Under the pieces are notes generated by a model that was not told the DNA's origin, did no database searches, and was given only the letters and a program-made list of their open reading frames with translations. This document shows positions 13,298 through 25,120 of a DNA stretch of 57,387 bases, one piece after another; positions within the stretch are counted from its first letter, which is position 1, and each line of letters opens with the position of its first letter. The stretch covers positions 1 through 57,387 of the forward strand of contig MCFE01000565.1 of the NCBI GenBank assembly GCA_002104905.1, in the 5' to 3' direction. The position numbers and the translations under genes were made by a program. This DNA is from Basidiobolus meristosporus CBS 931.73 (Eukaryota > Fungi > Basidiobolomycota).

Positions 13298-14491
13298 TCT
13301 ACCGGGGAAAGAGTGGTCTAGAGTAGGTGGTGGGAGAGAGAATACAAGAAGCAAGCCAGCGAGTCCTGTGCTACGTTTCGGATAAATAGAGAAAATCAAT
13401 CAGACACTTTCTTAACGATATCCCTCCTCACACAGACGTATTTCCAGGTCGAAAAAGAAATCCAAAAGTGCGGAAAATGGAGATTTCATCCAAGAAAAAA
13501 ACAAAGGCCCTGATCAGGGCTCGGATTATATATTTGATTTGATGGACCATCCGATGGACACCCGATGAACCGCACATTCATTACAATCCGAATTCAACGC
13601 GAAAACCAAGGCGCACGCGTTCCAGCCATTTTTGCTCCAATCACTTCGGGCACCACGGGCGGTTTCATGCAGCCGATATTAGAGGCTGAGAAGGCATAAT
13701 CAACACCTTCTGTTTGGTTTGGTGTGATCTAGGTTTCATAAGCTCTTATCATCGATCGTTGAGTTGTCCCGCCCAAATCCGTACATTGTGACTTGTCATC
13801 GTCTAGAGGATATGTCTAAGCAGCATCGGACCAGGAAGTTTGGTTTGGCTAAGCAGCATTGAACCCGCGAAGCTAACCACCTTGGTTTAGCTAAGCAACG
13901 TTTAACCAGGAAGCTGCATAAATCCGAACATTCATGCATGTCGTAAGCAGTGTGACGAATTCCACTACGGCAGTGGCCAATCAGAGGGCTCCCCGAGATT
14001 GGTGTAACATGCGGGCTATTACAGCCTAACCAACCTCTCAGCCGATTTTTTTTATCAAAACACGGTTGCTCGTAGGCAGTTGGTGGGTCAAGAGTGGACC
14101 GCATCCCAAGAATGAAATTTTTTTCATCATCCCATCCAACACCAACGTAATCAGAAGTGGCCAGAATAGCAGGGTTTTTTATCCCATTTATAATCACCGA
14201 TTCATTGCTGATTTGGCGAGTTGTTGGGTAAAAGCGCAGGGTTAGCAAAATCGGAATCTGCTCAGAGTTTTCGAGGATTTTAATATTGTTTTCGAAAATA
14301 CTTGACTGGGACGTTCCTCTTGGTTCACTTGCTCTCAACGTATTCAACCTAGCGTTCCCTTTTTCTTTTGGTTGTTCTCTTCTTTGGCATCTAGTGTACC
14401 CACCAAACTAAGAAGATTCCTCTCATTCTCCCGGATATCCCCACTATCTCCCTTTGAACCTTTTTCTGTATTTGCCCCATCTGAACCGCAA

Positions 14492-15551
14492 ATGTCTGAT
14501 ATTTCCGCTGATATTGGTGCCATCGATGCTTGGATCGAACAACTCAAAGAATGCAAACAACTGTCCGAGGCCGAAGTCAAAAAGCTCTGCGACAAAGTAA
14601 GCTCATCTGAAACTTGTGTGCGTTTGCCTTCTATTAACTGCGGTTTGGACCCAGGCCAAAGAAGTTCTCAAAGACGAGTCCAACGTCCAGTATGTAAAGT
14701 GCCCGGTCACCGTATGCGGTGACATCCACGGCCAATTCCACGACTTGATCGAGTTGTTCAAGATTGGAGGAAACTCTCCAGATACCAATTATCTTTTCAT
14801 GGGGGACTACGTGGACCGTGGTTACCACTCTGTTGAAACGGTGACTCTGCTGGTTGCCATGAAGCTTCGTTACAGAGACCGCATTACCATCCTTCGTGGA
14901 AATCACGAGTCTCGCCAGATCACCCAGGTATACGGCTTCTATGACGAGTGCCTGAGAAAGTACGGAAACGCCAATGTCTGGAAATACTTCACCGACCTGT
15001 TTGATTTCCTGCCACTCACCGCCCTGATCGAGGACCAAGTATGCCCCAAGCATTTATACGCAGATGCCCAGCTGTTTGTACTGATCTCTGGTTCTCTCCC
15101 TTATTAGATCTTCTGTCTCCACGGCGGATTGTCTCCCTCCATTGATACTCTTGACAACATCCGCTCACTGGATAGAATCCAGGAAGTTCCACATGAAGGA
15201 CCCATGTGCGATTTGTTGTGGTCCGATCCCGATGACCGCCCAGGCTGGGGCATCTCACCAAGAGGTGCAGGGTACACCTTCGGTCAAGATATCTCGGAGG
15301 CATTCAACCACAACAACGGATTGACCTTGATTGCTAGAGCTCACCAGCTTGTCATGGAGGGCTACAACTGGAGCCAGGACCAGAATGTTGTCACCATCTT
15401 CAGTGCGCCAAACTACTGTTATCGCTGCGGCAACCAGGCGGCCATCATGGAGATTGACGAGCACATGAAGTACTTCTTCCTCCAATTCGACCCAGCTCCT
15501 AGAAGAGGAGAGCCACACGTCACCCGTCGTACGCCCGATTATTTCTTGTAA
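14492..15551 (+). CDS. PPH21: Protein phosphatase 2A catalytic subunit, 3 exons
   Basis: GDIHGQ, GDYVDRG and LRGNHE motifs, C-terminal RRTPDYFL, two GT-AG introns. Confidence 0.97.
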
Positions 15552-15850
15552 TCCATCTAGTTCTCAACCTTTATTTGAAGTACGTTCATCTTTCTACACT
15601 TATAACCAATCTGTCTTCTTCATCATCAGTTTGGCTTTAATTGAAAGACTCAAAAGCCATGTATCATAAGCTAATTGATAAAGCCAAGAAAAAATCCCTT
15701 CTAAGACAGACGTTGTTTTTACTACTATACTTTCTTTAGAAGCCATTTTAATAAATATATGATTATATCCGATGGTTTATTCAGATATCTAGGAGGGCGT
15801 GTGCTGAGTATCTGGTGGTGAAAATGTGGAAGTGAGTGAGGGGGGGGGGT

Positions 15851-17390
15851 CTAGTCCGAAGGGCCGATCATGTTTTCTGGACGAACCCAGAGATCGAATT
15901 CCTCGGCGGTCAACAACTTGAGGGCGATGGCTGCCTCTTTCAGCGTGGTTCCTTCCTTGTGAGCTTTCTTGGCACATTTGGCTGCATTATCGTATCCGAT
16001 GTGTGGGTTCAGTGCGGTGACCAACATGAGCGACTGGTTCATGATGCTGGTGATTTTCTTCTCATTAGCCACGATCCCGACCACGCAGTTCTTGCGGAAG
16101 CTGATGCACCCGTCTGTCAACAGTCGGATGGATTGCAGCAGGTTCTTGATCATCACCGGCTTGAACACATTCAGCTCGAAGTGCCCGTTGGACCCAGAAA
16201 TGCTGATGGTAGTGTTGTTGCCCATCACCTGAGCGCAGATCATGGTCATTGCCTCGCACTGGGTGGGATTTACTTTGCCTGGCATGATGGAGGACCCTGG
16301 CTCGTTTTCCGGAAGGCTTAGCTCTCCCAGCCCACATCGGGGTCCAGAGCCGAGCAGTCGGATATCATTGGCAATCTTCATCAAAGATACGGCCAATACA
16401 TTCAATGCTCCGCTCGCCTCGACGATGGCATCATGAGCAGCAAGCGCCTCGAACTTGTTGCTTGCGGTTTCGAATGGCAGCTTCGTGATTTTACTAATTT
16501 CGTCGGCAATCTTGACGTCGAAGCCTTTGCGTGTGTTGAGACCAGTACCAACTGCTGTTCCTCCTTGGGCGAGCTTGCTGAGGCGGGGGAGAGTGGCCTT
16601 GACACGTTCAATACCGTAGGTGAGTTGTTGGGTATACCCAGAGAACTCCTGACCTAGCGTGAGTGGTGTAGCGTCTTGCAAATGGGTGCGGCCGATCTTG
16701 ATAATCTTGCTAAACTCCTTCACTTTCTTCTCGAACTCATCACGGAGTTCAGTTATAGCGGGAAGCAGTTTCTCGCTGATCTCCACCACAGCTGATACGT
16801 GCATAGCGGTGGGGAAGGTATCGTTTGACGACTGGCTCATGTTTACGTGGTCATTAGGGTGGACTGGCTTCTTGCTTCCAAGTTCGCCGCCAAGAAGCTC
16901 GATAGCGCGGTTGGAAATAACTTCATTGGCGTTCATGTTGGTTTGGGTTCCTGAGCCCGTTTGCCAGACAACAAGGGGGAAATGGTCCAGGAGCTTCCCT
17001 TCTATTACCTGCACAAATAAAAATTTCGTTAGTACTTGATGCTAGCCTGAGGGTTGTTAGTCATTACCTCATCGGCAGCTTGAATAATGGCGTTTCCGAT
17101 TTTAGGATCAAGTCCATAGCTCATGTTAACAATAGCAGCAGCCTTCTTAAGTACACCAAAAGCCTTGATAAGAGGTTCAGGCATACGCTCCCTTGGGCCA
17201 CCGATGTCAAAGTTTTGAAGAGATCTGGGCAAAGAGTTCTGATGAGTATGGAAGCGTCTAAACAAAACGCTCTTGATACTCACCTTTGGGTCTGGCAACC
17301 CCAATAGCGGTCTGCTGGCACTTCTAGCTCGCCAAAGGTATCTCTCTCCACTCTGAACTTTCTTTTCTGGTCTTCTTGGTTAACAGTCAT
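15851..17390 (-). CDS. FUM1: Fumarate hydratase class II; an upstream targeting exon is possible
   Basis: [32 protein letters not shown] and [11 protein letters not shown] signatures, two introns. Confidence 0.97.
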
Positions 17391-17865
17391 GATTATGATA
17401 TGGACCAGAAAATTTCCAGGCGACGCCTACTTATTACTAGCGTACTTCTTGACACCGATCTATTTCATTGGTTGATGCATATCCGGATGTTTCTTAAGAA
17501 CTTCTGGGTGGCCACATCTGGGTGGTCAACATACTCTAGGCTTCCGGTTCCCACGGTAATTTGACATGCGATTGCACAGTATTCAGTCTACTGGTTATTT
17601 AGCCACTGCTGGTCTGAGTCTGATCATTACACCTAGCCACTACCAGCTGGATCGAGGAGTAAGCCACTAAGGCCAGCTGTTTCTATACACTCTCCACACT
17701 TTACGCCCGCAATCCATCCGACAAGACGTGTCAGTGGCATATTGCGAGGCAAATACTCGGGTTTGATATAACCATATAGGGTTTGGTGTAACCTCGATTT
17801 GTATTGACAGCAAATGGTTTAGGCTTTATTGTTCAGGGTGCGGTGGCTTCGAATATACAGTAACC

Positions 17866-19000
17866 CTAAGTGTGTCCGGCAATGGCTTTGGGTTTGTAAA
17901 GTTCTTCAAGATATGTGACTTCTTCTGCAGTAAGCTCCACGTCAAGAGCACCCACCAGGTCTTCCAGGTTTTCCACCTTGCCGGCCCCGATGATGGGCGC
18001 GGCTACCACATCTTTAGTCAGCACCCAAGCAAGAGCGACTCTAGCCGGTGAGATGCTCTTCTTTTCGGCAATTTCAATCACCCTTTCAATAATTGGCGAG
18101 TCGACATCCGATTCAAAGGCCTGTTTGTGTGCATGATCACTCTCACTACGGGTTGTGGACTGATTTTTCCTGGCCAGTCGGCCACGAGCGAGAGGAGACC
18201 ATGGAATGCAGGAGATCTTCTCATCAAGGCAGTAAGGGATCATCTCTCTTTCCTCCTCGCGATACAATAAATTATAGAAGTTCTGCATAGAAATGAACTT
18301 GACCCAGCCATTACGTTCGGCAATGGCATTCGCTTTATGGAACTGCCAGGTGTACATAGAGCTTGCCCCGATATACCGAACAAGGCCAAGTTCAACCAGA
18401 TCATTGAGAGCCTTCATTGTTTCCTCGATGGGGGTTTCATAATCCCAACGATGAATTTGATAAAGATCAATATAGTCAACGCCAAGCCTCTTCAAGCTAT
18501 TTTTCACCGCATTAAATATGTGCTTCCGACTTAATCCTCGCCCATTAAGGAATCGTTTATCGGTTTGTCCCTGAGCCAATGTGTTGAATGAAACATCATC
18601 TGATACTGGGAAGTAGCATTTGGTGGCGATCACAACATTATCTCGGGGAATGTTGTGTTCCTTCAGAGCAAGCCCTAGAACTCGCTCGCTTTCCCCGTTG
18701 GAGTACACATCTATAATGAAGAGTTTGACTCAGCTTCGAACAATTGGGAAGCATTGTGGTTACCTACCTGCAGTATCGAAGAAGTTGATTCCAAGGTCCC
18801 AAGCCCGTTTTACGATCCTCTTCCCCTCCTTTTCATCCATGACCCATGGCTGCCACTTTGAAGAACCAAATGACATGCAGCCAAGGCATAATCTTGACAC
18901 CTATAGAATTTCAGTATGTCGTGTTAGAACTGGCCTATTCGCAACGCATCTCTTCAATGCAAACCTTCAGCCCAGTAGAGCCAAGTTTGGTATATTTCAT
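17866..19000 (-). CDS. Aldo-keto reductase (YajO/aryl-alcohol dehydrogenase-like)
   Basis: MKYTKLGSTGLK start exon; SLKRLGVDYIDLYQIHRWD, ISMQNFYNLLYREEEREM and PWSPLARG motifs. Confidence 0.92.
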
Positions 19001-20035
19001 CTGTGGATGAGTCGACATTTCAAGGACTGCACTTGCATTGGAGACAGGAAGGCGTTGGCCTTTTATGCGAAAACGAGGTTCTACAATCATCCACATCATC
19101 AAAGCCTATTAGTCATTGCTCCCTTGAGTAATGACGTTTACGGTTGACTAATCATGCATGCATTCCAGTACCAACTCTCGTGAAACTTGCAACAGGAACA
19201 TGGTTTTAGACGAAAAGTCAAGCATAAGTTAAATACCTTGACTCATTTTTTGCATAAAGATAATCATCTTTACTGGAGTGGCATAAACATACTCCAAGTA
19301 GCTTTAGGCAGCTCGTGTGATTGATCTTAATCTACCAGTGATCAGCTTCGGCATCAGTAACCTACCAACAATAGAATCAGGAAAATCTGTAGATAAGAGG
19401 TCATGGAATGATTAAATCAAGATTAGTGAAACCACTTTATTTGGACAACATTCAAACAAATTACAACGTGCTCCAACCAGATGGGGGAACTAATGGTCCG
19501 CAGCTCGTGATCACCTCTCTAGCGGATATCCAGTAGCCTAAAGAATAGGCCGTTGTGGTGATACTGATTGGGTTAGTGATTATGTAAACCACTAGCAAAC
19601 TTCATTTACCATGAATAATATGCTGCTTCTCGAGAATTCTCCGTAAATAACCCTCGTTTGGTACGCCCAATGAGCGAGTGCGGGCGGATGAATCGGGAGG
19701 ATAGCTATCCGGAGTGGTGCTAATATTTCCACTACAGAAGAATCATGATCATGATCATGTGCTGCTATATTCAGAACTTTTCGTACGCAAGATTTGATTT
19801 CATGTAGTTGGTCTGTATTTCATAAATCTATAAAACCTGTAAGTTGGGCGAAGGTTGCATCAAATTTCCCTTCCTTCACGGCAGTCACGGCCATCCTTTT
19901 AATCGAACCTGGACAGCTGTACTCCTTAACTCTTTCATCTTAATTTTAACTCTCTTTACCTCGTGTATTATAATTTTGCTGCTACCCCGTTGTAATTGTT
20001 CTATTTTTACATAATATAATTACTCTCCACTCGGT

Positions 20036-21018
20036 ATGACTGTTTCCAACTCAACTTTTCGCCCTAGCCATGTTCTCGGGCTTGCGTTCGCTTTTATACT
20101 CTCCTGCTTGTTAGTCTATTACTCGCTGACCCTAACGTTCGCCACCTTCAATGGGTAAGTTGTTGGTTCCTCTCTGTAGGCTCACTTACACGCAGTTTGA
20201 CTGAATGGTGATTTGTTTCTAGTGAGATCGAGTTGAAATTCCCAAAGAATATGAGTGACGTGAAGGTCCTTGCGTTGGCTTTGTCCAAGTTCATGGATGG
20301 CCACTATTTCTCTGTTCTATATTCTTATGTCATTCTTTACATATTGTGAGTAGACTGGTTGGTAGCCCTCGCCCTCGAAACCCTTTGCTTATCTCTCTTT
20401 ATCATATAGCCTCCAAGCATTCGCTATTCCTGGTAGTGCTATGCTAAGTGTTCTTGGTGGCGCCCTGTTTACCAAATGGCCCGCTCTGTTCTTGATCTGT
20501 CTTTGCTCTGCCGTTGGGGCAAGTATCTGCTACTTGATTTCCTACTACATCGCCACTCCCTTCGTGGAGAGATACCTGACGGAGCGCTTGGTTGCTTGGA
20601 GTGAGCAGGTAATTTCATATGGGCGTTATCTTGTTGAGTCCTTGAGCTAAATCATACACCACAGATCGCACGTAGACGTGAACATCTCTTGAATTATCTG
20701 ATGTTCTTGCGCATCACGCCCATTCTACCAAACTGGTTCATCAACATAGCCTCCCCCCACCTGGATGTACCAATCGGCACATTTTTCGTGGCCACCTTCT
20801 TTGGGGTGGCTCCCATTTCCTTCTTACATGTGCAGGCCGGTGTCGCCATCCAAGAGCTATCGGCAGGAAAAGAGATATCTTTGTTCAATATCACCACCAT
20901 CTTGACCATTACCATTGCAGCGGCACTCTCGTTGTTGCCTATCATTTACCACAAGAAAAACCCGGAGGATATACCCGTCATGTCGCAATCCGAGAGGACC
21001 CCACTGCTCCCCAAATGA
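20036..21018 (+). CDS. TMEM41/VMP1-DedA (SNARE-associated Golgi) membrane protein, 4 exons
   Basis: LQAFAIPGSAMLSVLGGALF and YLMFLRITPILPNWFINIASP motifs; GT-AG introns. Confidence 0.88.
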
Positions 21019-21214
21019 TCGATGATCACCCGAATGTTTGTTGTAAATAATTATTAGTGAAAATTTTAATAGAAATCAAGGATCGTTCACGAGGAATAAA
21101 CAACCAATGTTCCTTCCTATTTGTGTTGACCATCCACCCATCCACCAAAATGGGTTATATTCACATTTCTTGGCACCAGGTGTCTAGATGAAGGATCGTG
21201 GGATATGCATTTGT

Positions 21215-22171
21215 CTAGGCAGAGTTGCTTTCAGTTGCCAAGAAGCCTCGATTCTTGGGATCCGAATACCAAGCTATGAAATGGACGATTAGCTAGGGCT
21301 GGGTGAAGGGGGATGCGCGTACGTACCGATGTCTCTCTTCTTGGTAGGCAATGCGAGTTTGGGTTGGACAAAGAATCGGGATGGTGAGAGTATGCTTTGG
21401 AGACCGGTGGAGTTGTAGTAGACGCAGGTAACCGTACCGCCCATGCGTTCGATCTGTTTCATAGCTTTCTGAGACGCACGAGACACCTCCAAGTCTATCT
21501 TATGTTTGAATCCGCTGGAGCCCTATTACGAACAAATCATCATTAATTGAAACCAGTCTGCGGTTCATAACCAAACACGATGCATACATTGCCCAACAAT
21601 TTCACTCCATCCTTAACCCCTTTAACTAGCCCGGCCACCTTCAATTCACGCATAGTTATTTTCTGTGCAGGATCAATGCGCCCGGTTTCGATCCAACGCC
21701 CGAGTTGGTCGAGGTTGACTTCAGTGTAGTCCTTGCCATGGCTGGGTATAAAAGCTAGTTAGCGGGCATTTGCTTTCCTGAGGTATCCAGGACAAACTTA
21801 CATATTGGTGAAGCCACGTTTGGGAAACCGTTGCATAATTGGAGTCTGCCCGCCCTCAAAGCCGGGTGTGGGTTTCCCATTGCCAGCTCGAGATTTTTGT
21901 CCTTTGTGACCACGACCGGAGGTCTTGCCCTTGCCTGAACCAGGACCGCGACCTAGGCGTTTGGCCTTGGGGGAAGGCTGTGTATGAGTATCTGTCTGTA
22001 AGTATGTATTCTTGGAATTAAGTTTCATACTTGGGATTTGGAGCCAGGGTTGTCTTTCAGCGAACTCAAGCCAATTAGTTCTTTAGGTGGAGTAATGCGA
22101 GCGGTAACAGACATATAACGTGCATTGAGAAATGCCCCAGGCCTTGCTGCATTATGGCTTACGCCGAACAT
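21215..22171 (-). CDS. MRPL10: Mitochondrial ribosomal protein uL15m
   Basis: [24 protein letters not shown]...GFEGGQTP...PKRGF; C-terminal [12 protein letters not shown]; multiple introns. Confidence 0.93.
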
Positions 22172-22429
22172 GGAGGGTTGGATATATCTAGCTCCACGAA
22201 GAGAGATAGTCATTCGATTCATGAGGACTTACGAGCCAAGCTTAGAGCTCAAAAATATCCTGACTTGCAGTTGTGAACCACTAAAGGAAAAGAAATTTTA
22301 TACCATCACTTACCTAGCCTAACCAATAATTTAGCTCTAATTAATCTGAAGTTAGTCGAATTCCTGGATACATCCATTTCAGAGTTATGATTAACAATAT
22401 GATAATTAAATTACTAGCCTTATCAAGGT

Positions 22430-22502
22430 GACCAAGATAGCGTAGTGGAATACGCGATGATTCAATAATCAGAGGTTGATGGTTCGAATCCATTCCTGGT
22501 CT
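22430..22502 (+). tRNA. tRNA-like sequence with intact A/B boxes, D-arm and T-arm but an aberrant anticodon arm (pseudo-tRNA or Pol III leader); isotype unassigned
   Basis: GACCAAG/CCTGGTC acceptor (one mismatch), GCGT/ACGC D-stem, TAGCGTAGTGG A box, GGTTCGAATCC B box. The TGAT/ATCA anticodon stem cannot close a canonical 7-nt loop. Confidence 0.7.
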
Positions 22503-22513
22503 GTCTTAAAAAT

Positions 22514-22647
22514 GGATAACTGTGATGAAAAATTCCAATTGTCGGTTCAGTGAACTGGGGCCCCTTCATGTTAACATGGAGTGAACCCACCCCAGTCCTG
22601 AATCAGTTTGACATCAAATTCGCCCTCTAAGCGTGTCTGAGTTATCC
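22514..22647 (+). ncRNA. Box C/D snoRNA candidate
   Basis: Perfect terminal stem GGATAAC/GTTATCC, C box GTGATGA (22522-22528), D box CTGA (22637-22640), internal long hairpin at 22544-22604. Confidence 0.75.
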
Positions 22648-22651
22648 TTTT
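22648..22651 (+). terminator. Candidate Pol III terminator (T4)
   Basis: First run of 4 or more T downstream of the tRNA-like start; lies directly after the snoRNA closing stem. Confidence 0.55.
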
Positions 22652-23032
22652 GTTTAGCGGGCCGGCGATGCCGTTTTCAATGGCGGAATATATACGGAAT
22701 TGACCCAAGTGTGGGATTTATTGATATCTAGAACCTTACCATGACACAGAGATGTACTTGGCATCGAGTCCAGCCGAATTTAGAAGTGACCGATATTTAT
22801 TGGGTGGGTCATTTTTGCCCTCATTCATGTACCAGTCGATATGCCCTGTAATTGGGTTGGTGATTCCTCAATCATCCCTCGTTCAAAGCCACACAAACTC
22901 CCATTCATCGGCGGCGGAATTTCTTGGTTTACTCTTCAAGAGAATATATTGTCAGAATTATCGCCGCACTTACCAACACCACCTCGTGAAAGTCTCCCCC
23001 GTACTGCCTCCCCCACCAGCCCTCCACCCGGT

Positions 23033-24700
23033 ATGAGCCACTCCATCTCCGCCATCAAAATCGAGGTCATCCAGGCCCGTAACCTCACCCCCAAGGATCG
23101 TAATGGACTCTCGGACCCGTTTGTGGTCATCAAAATACTGAACAAGAAGAAGTCCTCGAAGGTGATCTCTAAAAGTCTGAACCCAGTGTGGAACTTCTCC
23201 TACGAGTACAAGGTGAACATGCGCTCGCCACCCAAGTTCTTGCAGCTCGTGTGCTGGGATAGCGACTTCCTTGGCCGAGACTTCATGGGACAGCTTACCC
23301 TGTCCTTTCGGGAATTCTTCTTGGACGGGGTCCCCATCGCTTTCGACCCCAGCAGAAAGAGAACCGCCTGGTACCCGCTTCAGCAAAAGAGCAGCAAGGA
23401 CCAGATTAGCGGGGAAGTGGAGTTGAACATGGGCTTTGTTCTCACCTCTTCCTCTACTCGCCCACAGGATTGGGCTCCGGTGTATGAAGCACTCGTTGGA
23501 AAAGCACCCTCGTTCACCTCGAACCAAGGTGCTGTCGAGAACTTCGATGCCTTATCTGGTACCGACTCCGAAGACGAATTGCCCTCTCCAGCTGGCCAAT
23601 ATCAGCAACCTTCAGCTTACTCGAATAATGGTGCTTATCCACCTAGACCTGTACAAAACCAAGGGCTATATCCTAGTAGTGGGAATGGTAGCTATCCACC
23701 ACAAAGAGTTCCATCACCTAGTGGTACCTCGTCTGGCTATCCACCACAAAGTGCGCCCTCACCTTTACCAGGAGGTGGTTATCCCCCTCAAAGAGCTCCA
23801 TCTCCCAGCGGAGCTTCCTCAGGCTACCCACCACAAAAAGCTTCCTCGCCGGTCCAAGGCAGTGGATATCCTCCTGGCAGAGCCGAGCCATCCGGATATC
23901 TACCACAAGGGGGTGCTTATCCACCTAAACGCAATGACAACCCATATCCGCCTGTAAGAAATGAGGCCAGCTATCCCCCTCAACAAGAAGGTGGTTACCC
24001 ACCACCAAGAAATCCGGCCGGCTACCCACCACAAAGCGGGGCTTATCCACCCACCAAGAGTGACACTGGCTATCCGCCACAAAGCGGACCTTACCCACCT
24101 ACCAAGAGTGACACCGGCTACCCACCACAAAGCGGGGCTTATCCACCCACCAAGAGTGACACTGGCTATCCGCCACAAAGCGGACCTTACCCACCTACGA
24201 AGAGTGACACTGGCTACCCACCACAAAGCGGACCTTACCCACCTACCAAGAGTGACACTGGCTATCCACCACAAAGCGGACCTTACCCACCTACCAAGAG
24301 TGACACTGGCTATCCACCACAAAGCGGACCTTATCCACCCACCAAAAGTGACACAGGATATCCTCCTCAACCAGGAGCCACACCCAAGTATTATGCGAAG
24401 TATGCGTCGCAACAGGGCGGTGCCTATCCACCGAAGGACGACGGCATCTTTCCTTCTAGCGATAACGATACCTACCCACCAAAATCAGGAGAAGGCTACC
24501 CTCCGGCCAGAGGTAATGGTGGATACCCACCTCAACAGGGAGAAAGGTACCCTCCAGGCCAGAGCGGATCAGGCTATCCGCCACCACAGGGCACACCCTA
24601 TCCACCTAGTAACAACGGAGGTGGCTACCCACCAGCTCAAGGGGCCTATCCACCAAAGAGAGAGTACACTGCGTCCGCTGCCAACCCTGGCAACCAATGA
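23033..24700 (+). CDS. C2-domain protein (Psd2 C2A-like) with a long GYPP-rich low-complexity tail
   Basis: IKIEVIQARNLTPKDRNGLSDPF...KSLNPVWN...LVCWDSD followed by P/G/Y-rich repeats. Start taken at MSHS inside ORF 22841-24700. Confidence 0.8.
   Translation: MSHSISAIKIEVIQARNLTPKDRNGLSDPFVVIKILNKKKSSKVISKSLNPVWNFSYEYKVNMRSPPKFLQLVCWDSDFLGRDFMGQLTLSFREFFLDGVPIAFDPSRKRTAWYPLQQKSSKDQISGEVELNMGFVLTSSSTRPQDWAPVYEALVGKAPSFTSNQGAVENFDALSGTDSEDELPSPAGQYQQPSAYSNNGAYPPRPVQNQGLYPSSGNGSYPPQRVPSPSGTSSGYPPQSAPSPLPGGGYPPQRAPSPSGASSGYPPQKASSPVQGSGYPPGRAEPSGYLPQGGAYPPKRNDNPYPPVRNEASYPPQQEGGYPPPRNPAGYPPQSGAYPPTKSDTGYPPQSGPYPPTKSDTGYPPQSGAYPPTKSDTGYPPQSGPYPPTKSDTGYPPQSGPYPPTKSDTGYPPQSGPYPPTKSDTGYPPQSGPYPPTKSDTGYPPQPGATPKYYAKYASQQGGAYPPKDDGIFPSSDNDTYPPKSGEGYPPARGNGGYPPQQGERYPPGQSGSGYPPPQGTPYPPSNNGGGYPPAQGAYPPKREYTASAANPGNQ
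24020..24355 (+). repeat. Coding minisatellite, 7 x 48 bp (GYPPQSG[A/P]YPPTKSDT)
   Basis: Seven contiguous near-identical 16-codon units. Confidence 0.95.
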
Positions 24701-25120
24701 AGCGAGCTAGCGGAAATTGACCATAGCATCGATTGCGAATCCCATACCACTTAGCAGATTACATGTAACCTTGATTCCGCATATAAACCCAACCAACCAA
24801 AATATACTGGACTTGGCTTAATAAACCACCCTATTCAACCCATGTGGATCGATGGATCGGGCGGATCAGTGGCCCAGGGGAATCGGTTCGTGATGATCGA
24901 GTGTTGGGTGGGGCGGCCAGGCGAGGCCGAAAATCAAGGGAGATCCGGCTTCGAATCAAGCCAATCTGTGGATGATGACGTGACCGGATGTACCCGGGGC
25001 ATAGGGTGGTGGGTGGTGATGGAATTGGAATTGGAATTGGAAAGGTGGATATTGTCTCCAGTATCTAGCCATTCTCACAACAAACATCCAGTTCCCCAAG
25101 GACCACTTGACCGGATAGGC

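Noticed and set aside
13796-14347. 183-aa minus-strand ORF between NF-YB and PP2A
   Set aside because: No recognisable domain, overlaps promoter-like DNA; left uncalled.
22544-22604. SECIS-like hairpin, with the upstream tRNA as tRNA-Sec or an opal suppressor
   Set aside because: The hairpin lies inside the C/D RNA, not in a 3' UTR. The tRNA-like sequence has no long variable arm and no well-formed UCA anticodon loop.
23436-24710. Alternative-frame ORFs across the GYPP repeat
   Set aside because: By-products of a stop-poor tandem repeat.
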